Of a stretch of DNA of 64,000 nt, positions 9,774-18,226 are shown piece by piece; the first letter of the stretch is position 1, and every line of letters starts with the position of its first letter. This stretch comes from Gammaproteobacteria bacterium (GTDB taxonomy: Bacteria; Pseudomonadota; Gammaproteobacteria; Ga0077536): positions 160,001-224,000 of the forward strand of contig CAXXLL010000003.1 in assembly GCA_963662545.2 (NCBI GenBank). Direction: 5' to 3'. A program made the translations under genes and the position numbers. The notes beneath the pieces are model-generated. The model was not told the origin of the DNA and did no database searches. It was given only the letters and a program-made list of their open reading frames with translations.

Positions 9774-10178
9774 ATGGCAGAAGAGATATACGCAGATGCG
9801 TGGGGTTCGATCTCCGCCGATGACGCGGCATCACGGGTTGAGATCAAATGGACAACCGCATCGGAAGCGATGACTGCCGACGATTTCAAGACGTGGCTCG
9901 AACGATTTGTCGTCGAAGTTGAATCACGTCGGGCAAAATATCTGATCGTCGATGCCAGCGAGTTTCGAATGAATCCGGCACACATGGATACGAACTGGCG
10001 CGATACGGAAATTATTCCACGCTATTGCGCCGCGGGGGTGCAGAAGTTCGCTTTTGTCATGCCGCCGCAAATGCCGGCAGTGGGTAAGCCACCTGCGATC
10101 GAAACCCCGGGAAACTATCCGACCGGCTATTTTGCGACCCACGCGGATGCTGCGGGCTGGCTCGCCGCGGTCGATTAG
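9774..10178 (+). CDS. Small hypothetical protein (possibly STAS/SpoIIAA-like fold)
   Basis: RBS AGGAG; LIVDASEF...W....IIPRY..AGVQKFAFV pattern; probable LysR target. Confidence 0.65.
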   Translation: MAEEIYADAWGSISADDAASRVEIKWTTASEAMTADDFKTWLERFVVEVESRRAKYLIVDASEFRMNPAHMDTNWRDTEIIPRYCAAGVQKFAFVMPPQMPAVGKPPAIETPGNYPTGYFATHADAAGWLAAVD

Positions 10179-10204
10179 ATTCGACGCTAGAGCATCTGCG
10201 GGCA

Positions 10205-10230
10205 ACGGGGTCAGGTCTTGACTTTTGCCA
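10205..10230. repeat. REP-like half element (ggggtcaggtcttgacttttgc)
   Basis: Resembles the ends of RAYT-associated REP sequences; recognition only. Confidence 0.45.
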
Positions 10231-10453
10231 TAGGCGCTGGCATCGCGTCGATTCCGGTCATAACGTCATCTCGCATCAGTCGAAATTGACCGGATGACGT
10301 AGAGGTTTCGTCCCCAGCTTCGATAGAAGCGCGACAAGAAAAACTATATATGGACTTCTACCACCCAGTGCCCAGCTTCGCCCGTCCCGGGGAGCCAATT
10401 ACCCGCCGGCATCCTATCGCTGTTTTCGAAATACGGCTGCTATTCGGAACCGT

Positions 10454-10555
10454 ATGTAACGTCAAATAAGTCAACTCCGGCACCCGAATCTCTCGCATGT
10501 AACGTCAAATAAGTCAACTCCGGCACCCGAATCTCTCGGCACCCGAATCTCTCTC
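10454..10555. repeat. Tandem 43-bp duplication plus a partial third copy of a REP-like end (family C)
   Basis: atgtaacgtcaaataagtcaactccggcacccgaatctctcg twice, then ggcacccgaatctctc again. Confidence 0.9.
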
Positions 10556-10671
10556 GCAGCATTCGCTCGGCGGAAAGTTACGAGAATCTGCTAAAGCCGG
10601 ACGATTACCTAGTCGATAAGGAAATCACGCGGTAGCGATCGTCGCCAACAGATAGGCGGCCAAGGATAATC

Positions 10672-10937
10672 ATGTCGGTTCATCGATTGAGCAACGCGGC
10701 GCCGAAGCAGGCTGCACCGCGTAGAGACCAAGCCACATCGGCAACGATTTCTCGGCTGCGGCACAGCATACTCCGCATGTCGCTCGCCTATTGCGGCCAG
10801 ACGCCGAACTCGACCGAAAGCTCAATGAAGTTCGCGGCCTGATGCGCAGCGGCCAACGCGACCCCCGGTTGCACAAACTCATAGATCAGATCGTCGAAAT
10901 CGTATGTTCGATGGATCACACGCGTACCCGAGCGTGA
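10672..10937 (+). pseudogene. Frameshifted gene remnant, possibly the N-terminus of a coiled-coil GGDEF protein
   Basis: ...LRHSILRMSLAYCGQ / DAELDRKLNEVRGLMRSGQRDPRLHKLIDQIV read across two frames. Confidence 0.3.
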
Positions 10938-10957
10938 TAGCTCGGGAAATGGGGGAA

Positions 10958-11031
10958 ATGGGGACATTCATCTTTTATTATTTATTCCAGCTCCAAACCC
11001 ATCGGGTCACTAATGAAGCTGATGTCCCCAT
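10958..11031. repeat. REPIN-like element, family B copy 1
   Basis: atggggacattcatctttta...gatgtccccat, preceded by a stuttered ggaaatgggg. Confidence 0.85.
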
Positions 11032-11342
11032 AGGAAAAACCTTAGTCCGAAGAGCACTACCGTAATTGCAAGCAAAATCAGTCCGACCGCGAGTGATCGC
11101 AGTAGCTTTCCCCCAATTTTTTGTAGTGCAATTTTCACTTGCTTGAACAGACTTCAATGCACTCGAAGGTCAGCCCAAGTGAAATTCCCGTGGCCACGCC
11201 CCCGATGACGGGTACAGCTTTTGCCGCCGCAGTACTGAATTTCTCAACGATCTCCACACCGGCACGTTTTATGGATTCGCCCGCTAGTTCGCCCCCAATG
11301 AACACGGGAGAACAATGTATTGTGCATCGAACACATTGGAAT
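11032..11342 (-). pseudogene. Fragment resembling a polymorphic-toxin (RHS-like) C-terminal tip plus the start of an overlapping hydrophobic ORF
   Basis: CVRCTIHC...KAVPVIGGVATGISLGLTFECIEVCSSK* overlaps GTG-KIALQKIGGKLLRSLAVGLILLAITVVLFGLRFFL; both ends are cut by family B repeats. Confidence 0.45.
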
Positions 11343-11387
11343 AATGGGGACATTCATCTTTTATTTTAAAAGATGAATGTCCCCATT
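11343..11387. repeat. REPIN-like element, family B copy 2 (perfect hairpin with 21-bp arms)
   Basis: aatggggacattcatctttta-ttt-taaaagatgaatgtccccatt. Confidence 0.92.
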
Positions 11388-11423
11388 CACGCCGAACCTC
11401 CCTAGAATCTTCTCTACGCATCT

Positions 11424-12803
11424 CTAAGAAGCGTAATATTTCACTTCCAGCATCGTGAAATCGTCATCGAGGCGCAGGGAACCGTGCAGATCCCTGACGT
11501 GGTCGAGTAGCCTGTCCATAATCGGAGTTCCTGCCGATCGTTTTGTTTGCAGAAACCATGCGAGGTCGGCAAGCGACCAAAAAGAACCATCCAGGCGTTT
11601 AATTTCGTAGACACCATCGCTGTAGAGGTAAATAGACCCCGAGCCGTTCAGCGTTCGACGTAGAGTCGCATACTGTTGCGTGGGCATCACTCCGAGCATC
11701 AATCCGGTGGAAGGCAATAGTACGGGCGTTTCTACACCTTCTTCGAACAAAAAGGCATCCGGGTGTCCGCCTCCAGCCCATTTCAGCTCGCGGCTGCCGA
11801 TGTCGAATACGCCGTACCAGATGGTAAACAACTTGTGATCCTGTTCATCGCCCTGGAATCGTTCGTTAAGCGCGGCGAGTACTGCACCCGGATCTTTGAA
11901 ATCCGTATTCGGCAATGAACCAGACCGTAAAACATTGATGATCGACACGGATAACAGCGCGGAATACAGGCCGTGGCCCGTAACGTCGATGATATAGGCG
12001 GCAATGTGATCGTCGTCAATGCCGTGGAAGCCGAGCGAATCACCGCCGAGGTCTGTTGCAGGCACCCAGCGCCAATCGAATATCAGAGGGTGGTGCTCAG
12101 ATCGCGGAATCAGACTCCGTACATAATCAGCGGCCGCCTGCACGTCCACTGACATTTGCGCGTTTGCCGCCTGTAACTCGCCGAGCAGTTCGGTCGTGCG
12201 AACCTGTTCCCGCCGCAGCCGGGTGACATAAGTCGACAGTAAAATGAACAGATAAGTAAGCAGACCGACAATGTTAATTGTCGCCATCATCTCGGTGTTT
12301 AAGCGGGACGGTGTAGCTTCACGAAATGTGCCCCCAAACAAGATAACGGCCGAGACGGTTACCAAACAAACCGCGAATGAAAACCAAGGTGTCTTTTGGC
12401 GTCGGAAGACAAGCAGGCCGAGCGGCCCGAGGAACGTCCACATAACGCGCGCTCCCGAATCGACGAAGCCTCCTAGGGCCAACGTGACTGCCGGTGGCGT
12501 CGCCATGACACCAATAACAGCCGCGTACAGGACCAGCAGCGTATGCCGGCCGGTTATCCTCAAATAGAGGTAAATTGCGAGGAGCTCAAGGCAAAAAACC
12601 GTATCGAGAAAAGCAGCAAGCTTTTCGCCTGCGAACCATTCGAGCGAACCCAATAGCAGCGCAATAAAAAAACCGAGCAGCAAGACGCCCGCCATCAATT
12701 GTTTTGATTGGATCTCGGCAACACTTTCACCGTCGAGAACCGGAGCTGCGCTGATAAATCGCACAGCATTAGTGAACCAAGAGGTAAGGTATTCAGCGGC
12801 CAC
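11424..12803 (-). CDS. Membrane-anchored PP2C/SpoIIE (RsbU-like) serine phosphatase
   Basis: About 6 TM segments, then LGGDS, DVTGHG, FTIWYG, GGGHP, YSDGVYE and DDFT motifs. Confidence 0.88.
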   Translation of the reverse strand: MAAEYLTSWFTNAVRFISAAPVLDGESVAEIQSKQLMAGVLLLGFFIALLLGSLEWFAGEKLAAFLDTVFCLELLAIYLYLRITGRHTLLVLYAAVIGVMATPPAVTLALGGFVDSGARVMWTFLGPLGLLVFRRQKTPWFSFAVCLVTVSAVILFGGTFREATPSRLNTEMMATINIVGLLTYLFILLSTYVTRLRREQVRTTELLGELQAANAQMSVDVQAAADYVRSLIPRSEHHPLIFDWRWVPATDLGGDSLGFHGIDDDHIAAYIIDVTGHGLYSALLSVSIINVLRSGSLPNTDFKDPGAVLAALNERFQGDEQDHKLFTIWYGVFDIGSRELKWAGGGHPDAFLFEEGVETPVLLPSTGLMLGVMPTQQYATLRRTLNGSGSIYLYSDGVYEIKRLDGSFWSLADLAWFLQTKRSAGTPIMDRLLDHVRDLHGSLRLDDDFTMLEVKYYAS

Positions 12804-12827
12804 GTTTATCTTCTATGGGATTCGCGA

Positions 12828-12858
12828 GGATTCGGATGCCGTAGTTGATTTATTTGAC
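12828..12858. repeat. Family C REP-like end, inverted relative to 10461-10491
   Basis: Reverse complement gtcaaataaatcaactacggcatccgaatcc matches 27/31. Confidence 0.85.
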
Positions 12859-12988
12859 TAAACACGTTGCACCGTCCGTCGGAATCATGAAAGCGCGCGG
12901 CACGTCGATCTGCTGGCCCACCGCGCTCATCCTCAAGCCTGAATATGAACGACTCTGCCCCTGTTACGGGAGACCCAGCGATCCCGAA

Positions 12989-15900
12989 CTAGCTCGCAGA
13001 TCCCGGCGACACCACCTGACCTTGGGAAGGCGACTTCGGTTTTCGCCAGGGCTGCCACAAACCGCCGCTCGCGATACACGACCAGCCCCAGCGCAACCAT
13101 CTGACGATCGCCAGCGCCAGCCACAGCGCCCAGGCAAGCATCAAGATCCGGTAGACGAGGAGCGGCACCGAAATCACCTTCGCCGTCGGCGGTATGGCGT
13201 CGACCCGATCGGCATACCAGCGCAGTTGGTGGGGATCGGACGCGTTGCCGGCCACGTGCATGCTCGGATCCCCGAGCAAGCCGTGCCGGATCGCTTCGAT
13301 GAGCACCATTAACGCCGCAATGGTCAGGATCACCAGGCCGATCTGTACCAGGTTGAACTTCGCGCCAGACACGCTGGCGCCGTGTCGCTCGCGCAGGCCG
13401 AGTGCGAGCAACCAGATCACCACCACTGCCGCGAGGGGTACGAACAATTGGCTGAGACCAATGACGAGCAATAGCCACTCGTGGGTCTTCAAGGGGGTGA
13501 TGTGCACGCGCGAAAGCCCAAGCGCAACGATCAACAAGGCCCCGAGCAGACTCCAAAACAGTACCGCCGGTCCGAGGCGCGGACCGAAGGTCAACAGCGT
13601 CCAGCGATCGGATCCCAGGATCAATTCGATACGGTGATTGATGCTCGGGATCGCGAGATCGATCGCGGCCGTGCGGCGTACCGTACTGATACCCGTGTTA
13701 TCGCGCCATGCCATCGAGACGGACTGCGCACCAGGTGTGATCGGGATCGTGAGTGTGCCTTCCTGGGCGCGGATCGGCTGCGGCACGTTGTTGATACGCA
13801 CCTCCTGCAGCTTCGCATCGCCCGGTAGCTTCAACGTGTATTGGCCGCCTTTGCTGCTGCGCAGTTTGAGTTCCAGGCTGCTTTCGGTGGCGCGCTTACC
13901 GGGTTTCACGATCAGCAGACTCGAATCGATGGTGATCGTCTGCCCGGCAACGCCCACGGGTTTCTGTACCGACACCGAAATCGACTCGCCGGGCCACGGC
14001 CGCCATTCGGGGATCCAGCGGTCGCCCTCGCCTTGATGATGTGTCGGCGCGATACCATCCAGAGTTACGTGCCAGGTGGGGCCCGCCTGCAGACGCCAGG
14101 TTTCAGCCCAGGACAGAATGTCCGGTGCATGCAGTGAAATGACATCGCGTTTTGCGAGCACTGATTCCCATGACAGGGATTGTTGCCTCGAGGGCATATT
14201 CACCTGTACGGCACCGTCTACCACTTCGATGCGCGGTGTCACGACCGATTCGCCGTCGAGCAAAGGTACCGCGATCACGACTGCGCTATCGTTGCGAACC
14301 ACGCGCACGACGCGCGTAGAAACCGACCACTCGAGGCCAAGCCTGAGCGTTCGCTCCACGCGCACAAATGGCGGCAGCTGGGTCTGCTCGAAAGCGTCTT
14401 GCCGCGTCGACGCAAGGTTCGTGTCGACGCGAGTGAGTTCGAGCTGCGCCTCGACGGTGCCGTCCGCCCGCAGGCCGTGCAGCGTCCAACCATCCATACG
14501 TCCAATTTCTACAATATGCGGTTTCAACGGCAGCGACACTTGCACCTGCGCGCGGTGCGGCAGACCACCCGTCAATAACAATTGATGCACGCCCGCCGGG
14601 ATCTGTAACCACAAATTTCCGGCCGGATCCCGTGACAGGGCATTACTCGGTGCGTCATTTAAGCGCACGTCCTCCGGTATCCAAACGCGCGCGTTCCCGG
14701 GCAGCGGTATCGCCGTCGCGGCCGCGCTGTGGACCTCGAGCCGTAACGAGAGGACCGTCGGTTGAACATCGACACGCATCCGCACGATGTCGGCGCATTG
14801 GCCGGCGCAGTCCGGCGGCGCCGTCAGCCGCTCACCCAACTGTTTTAGCAGATCGCCATCCGGAAATGGTGCCGCTTGAGCCTCACCACCGGTGCTCAGC
14901 GCTGTCGCCAGTATCAAGGTCATGACCATCGACCCGCGCCTCGCAAGTTCCATAAGCCGCCGCGTCGTGACTCCGGAAACCACCATTAACAACGCGAGCA
15001 ACATGGCGACGCGTGCAAAGTGAAGCGCCATGTTCGCAGCCGGCGTGATATAGACGATCGACAGCCGATGATCCGCGTCGACTGGCCCGTTCCAGCCGAG
15101 TCTCATCGCACGCCATTGCCAATCGGGGAGGCCCGGGCCCGTCTGGACGATGACGGTGGGGTCGATTCGATAGAGGTCCGCGGTCTGGCGCGCGCCGCGA
15201 GTCGCCTCGGCACGCGGCAATGCCTTCATGCGGGTAACCGCGTCGGCGGCAACCGGCGCGTCGAGCATCATTTCATCGGCGAATTCCATTTCCATTGACG
15301 CGGGCGCTTGCCCGCCCGCAATCTCTTTTTTATCCGCATCCATCACGGCGGATAATTCCACCGCTGCACGCGGGTAGTAACGCGCGGGCTGCGACAACTG
15401 CGGGTAAACCGCCAAACGCAGTTGCTGAACCACGAAGGGAACGCTGATCAAGATCAACACCAGCGCCGTGACGTTTCGATAGCCCGTAATGAGTGATTGG
15501 ATTCGACCGGCGGGCACCACCCGCAGGAGAGCGATCGCGACGAGCAGGTGCACCCAGATTTGGCGAGGGGCCCCGGGGGCGTGCCAGATGATGACCATGG
15601 TAAGGAACGCGATGGCCGCGGCGCGCCAATTCCACAATCGCGACACGGCGGCCGCAATGACCAGCACCAGAAACAGGTCGAGCAGTGTCCACCGTGCCAG
15701 CCAGGTGTCGGGAACGGTGTCGACGCCTCGTACGGAGAACAGATCCCACCCGGGCGGCAAATTGATGGTAGCCGTCACGCTTTGAAAATCGTGTGCCCAT
15801 CCGGTCGCGGCAAACTCGTCCACTTCGCGGCGCATGCGCGCATCGGCCTGGAGATCGACCTGACCGCTGCGCAGCTCGACGCCTTCGAGACCCTCCTCCT

Positions 15901-17119
15901 CGACCCGCGTAATGAATTGCGGTTTCCCGCTGATCAGCACTTGTCCGAGTTCCAACTCGCTACGGCTGTCCAGCCGCCAGCTTCGTGTAACCGTTCCGGA
16001 AATCTTGTCTCGCGTCGTATAGCCGCCGCCGTTAAAGTCGAGCCACATCTCACGTACGAGCTTGAGCTTGTCCGGCTCCGGGTCAGGGTCGCCGCGTCGC
16101 GTGACGATGAGACGCATAGCGTCGCCGTCGCGGACAGTGAACAGCGGCAAATGGTGCCACTCCTTCGGCGCACGGGTTTGGCGCGCATCGACCGCGTTGA
16201 CACCCTCGATTTCGACGACACGGATGTTGTTGCGTGCCTCAAAGGCCCAGATCTCCTCGCTCGGCCAGGGTGTCGGCTGTCCCGTCTTGTTCAGGACGGT
16301 GATCGGTGCGGGGTGACGCGCACCGATCACAATGACGTGGCGTCCCGGCCGAAGTTGTACCGCCAGTCGGCCGTCGGGTTCGAGACGCGCTGGCAGCGGT
16401 GCCTGCACGTAGGTCGGAATAAAGCCCGGCGGCAGCGGCGAGCCGACGATTTGTTCGCGCTGTTCGCCGGTGACGTCAAGCTCCAGACGGGTATGCAACT
16501 CAAGCGGATTGTCGTCGACAATCCGCCGCAACACCGTCAAGGTGACCTTGTTTTGGTCCTGTTCGCGTTCGTCACCGGCAGCCTGTTTATCCGCCCGTAA
16601 CCAGATCTGGCCATTGCGATTGGCGACCGGTTGACTGATCTTCGTGCCGTTGATGGTAAGCCGCACCAGGCCGCTGTCGGATGGGATGGTTAACGATTCC
16701 GGCACCGCATCCCAGTCGAACACACCTTCGATGCGGTGTTGACCCGGCTCGAGATGTAATGTCGGGCGGCCCCCGCGAGCAACGACGACCACCATGCGGC
16801 CGTCGACGCGCACCCGCTGTGGCCATGCCGCAAGCTTGCCCGGCAGGACGATCCAGCTGTCGGCGAAGACTTCCCACCGCGCGATAAAGCGCCCGCCGTC
16901 GTCGTTTAATTCGAGATTTAATCGCCCGGGCCAGGCACAGCGCTTCTTCGTCGCATTGTTGTAGAGAAACGGACAGCCGTAGGTTGGCTTGTCGAACGTG
17001 ACCCAGTCGATCCAGGGTCTTAAGGGCTCGGGTACTTCGTGCAGTTCAATCGGTTGGGCGGCGAGTGTGACTACAGCAAACAACAAGCCTGTTAGAAGGC
17101 AATAACGAAAATAAATCAT
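12989..17119 (-). CDS. Large uncharacterised membrane protein (~1376 aa) with signal peptide and two TM clusters
   Basis: Long uninterrupted ORF; signal peptide ending ...TLAA-QP; soluble beta-rich regions alternate with TM bundles; no catalytic motif recognised. Confidence 0.85.
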   Translation of the reverse strand: MIYFRYCLLTGLLFAVVTLAAQPIELHEVPEPLRPWIDWVTFDKPTYGCPFLYNNATKKRCAWPGRLNLELNDDGGRFIARWEVFADSWIVLPGKLAAWPQRVRVDGRMVVVVARGGRPTLHLEPGQHRIEGVFDWDAVPESLTIPSDSGLVRLTINGTKISQPVANRNGQIWLRADKQAAGDEREQDQNKVTLTVLRRIVDDNPLELHTRLELDVTGEQREQIVGSPLPPGFIPTYVQAPLPARLEPDGRLAVQLRPGRHVIVIGARHPAPITVLNKTGQPTPWPSEEIWAFEARNNIRVVEIEGVNAVDARQTRAPKEWHHLPLFTVRDGDAMRLIVTRRGDPDPEPDKLKLVREMWLDFNGGGYTTRDKISGTVTRSWRLDSRSELELGQVLISGKPQFITRVEEEGLEGVELRSGQVDLQADARMRREVDEFAATGWAHDFQSVTATINLPPGWDLFSVRGVDTVPDTWLARWTLLDLFLVLVIAAAVSRLWNWRAAAIAFLTMVIIWHAPGAPRQIWVHLLVAIALLRVVPAGRIQSLITGYRNVTALVLILISVPFVVQQLRLAVYPQLSQPARYYPRAAVELSAVMDADKKEIAGGQAPASMEMEFADEMMLDAPVAADAVTRMKALPRAEATRGARQTADLYRIDPTVIVQTGPGLPDWQWRAMRLGWNGPVDADHRLSIVYITPAANMALHFARVAMLLALLMVVSGVTTRRLMELARRGSMVMTLILATALSTGGEAQAAPFPDGDLLKQLGERLTAPPDCAGQCADIVRMRVDVQPTVLSLRLEVHSAAATAIPLPGNARVWIPEDVRLNDAPSNALSRDPAGNLWLQIPAGVHQLLLTGGLPHRAQVQVSLPLKPHIVEIGRMDGWTLHGLRADGTVEAQLELTRVDTNLASTRQDAFEQTQLPPFVRVERTLRLGLEWSVSTRVVRVVRNDSAVVIAVPLLDGESVVTPRIEVVDGAVQVNMPSRQQSLSWESVLAKRDVISLHAPDILSWAETWRLQAGPTWHVTLDGIAPTHHQGEGDRWIPEWRPWPGESISVSVQKPVGVAGQTITIDSSLLIVKPGKRATESSLELKLRSSKGGQYTLKLPGDAKLQEVRINNVPQPIRAQEGTLTIPITPGAQSVSMAWRDNTGISTVRRTAAIDLAIPSINHRIELILGSDRWTLLTFGPRLGPAVLFWSLLGALLIVALGLSRVHITPLKTHEWLLLVIGLSQLFVPLAAVVVIWLLALGLRERHGASVSGAKFNLVQIGLVILTIAALMVLIEAIRHGLLGDPSMHVAGNASDPHQLRWYADRVDAIPPTAKVISVPLLVYRILMLAWALWLALAIVRWLRWGWSCIASGGLWQPWRKPKSPSQGQVVSPGSAS

Positions 17120-17403
17120 GAATCCCTCATGGAGCCGCTCCAGACCCATTGCAATGCATCTTATACTAGCGCTTACCCTTCAACGGTTCGAACATCAAAT
17201 AGGAATTAACGGCCAACCCAGGCGCCGGAGTGAAATATTTTTTACCAGGCCAGTTTATTCGCGTACACCCCGCCACACCGTGGCTGACCGCACGCTTCAG
17301 TGTCTTCCCGATCTATTTTGGTGATGTAAAAAGGGACGGTTTTATTTTGATCACGGAGACAAGCAGTGTGCCGTCATGCTCGTAAGCGGCGAAGCACGAA
17401 CGC

Positions 17404-17979
17404 ATGAGCGCTGAGTCAATTAGCGGTTCCTTGCAAAGCGAAATCTGGCGCGTGGCCTCGCTGTTGGAGCAATTGCCGAGCGCGCCGGAAGCTGGACACC
17501 TGCTGGACGATCTGGCGGCGTGTTTTGGTGACTTGCGTTTTAACAATGAGGCTGCTCGCGTCGAGACCGAGGAACGGATCTGGACAATATGGTGCGATCA
17601 TCCCGAGCCGCAAACAAAAGCACAGATGTCGCTGGGGATCCGGCTGCTCACAGCCGCCAAGTTGGATCAAGCCGAAGCGGTGTTCGACCAGCTTATCGAG
17701 CGACATCCCGAATGGACCGAAGCGTGGAACAAGCGGGCGACGGTATACTTTCTCCAGGGCCGCGATACAGCCAGCATTCGCGATATTTACAGCACGCTTG
17801 AGCTCGAACCACGCCACTTTGGTGCGCTCGGCGGCTTTGCACAGATATGCATGCGAAATGGGTTACCGGGTTCAGCGCTGGCTGCGCTGGAGCATCTGCT
17901 TGCGGTCAACCCTGGCGCACCCGGGATCGCTGAAGCGATCGCGGCGATTAAACAAAACGCACCAGACACTATGCATTGA
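17404..17979 (+). CDS. Tetratricopeptide repeat protein
   Basis: EAWNKRATVYFLQG and LELEPRHFGALGG TPR pattern. Confidence 0.85.
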   Translation: MSAESISGSLQSEIWRVASLLEQLPSAPEAGHLLDDLAACFGDLRFNNEAARVETEERIWTIWCDHPEPQTKAQMSLGIRLLTAAKLDQAEAVFDQLIERHPEWTEAWNKRATVYFLQGRDTASIRDIYSTLELEPRHFGALGGFAQICMRNGLPGSALAALEHLLAVNPGAPGIAEAIAAIKQNAPDTMH

Positions 17980-18122
17980 AAATTGGTCGCTACCAAAAAT
18001 TGGTCAGCCGCATCCAGTTCAGAGTGCTCCCAGCCACCGTGGCCATGTGAAGGAAAATGATGGTCTTCTTCCTAAATATTGAATACCCGTGACCGGATTC
18101 TTTTTGAAAAAATACATTTTTG

Positions 18123-18197
18123 AACCACAGAGAAAATAAATTTCACAGCGATCAATCATTACGTCTATTCGCTGTGATCTCTGTATCCTCTGTGGTT
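18123..18197. repeat. Palindromic element (aaccacagag...ctctgtggtt) downstream of the RTX gene
   Basis: Outer arms 18123-18132 / 18188-18197; inner arms tcacagcga / tcgctgtga. Confidence 0.7.
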
Positions 18198-18226
18198 ATT
18201 CCCTACCCAAGGAAAACTGCCCTGTA

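Noticed and set aside
10230-10450. RAYT transposase remnant
   Set aside because: No HUH or N-terminal RAYT motif could be read convincingly
10454-10555. Mini-CRISPR
   Set aside because: Copies are directly adjacent with no spacers
2432-11387. Repeats as a CRISPR array or integron attC sites
   Set aside because: Spacing is irregular (0.3-3 kb), no cas or intI gene is present, and no RYYYAAC...GTTRRRY boxes were seen
15497-16600. Long antisense/overlapping ORFs here and elsewhere (e.g. 52604-53770, 62652-63788)
   Set aside because: Shadow ORFs of GC-rich genes with no recognisable motifs
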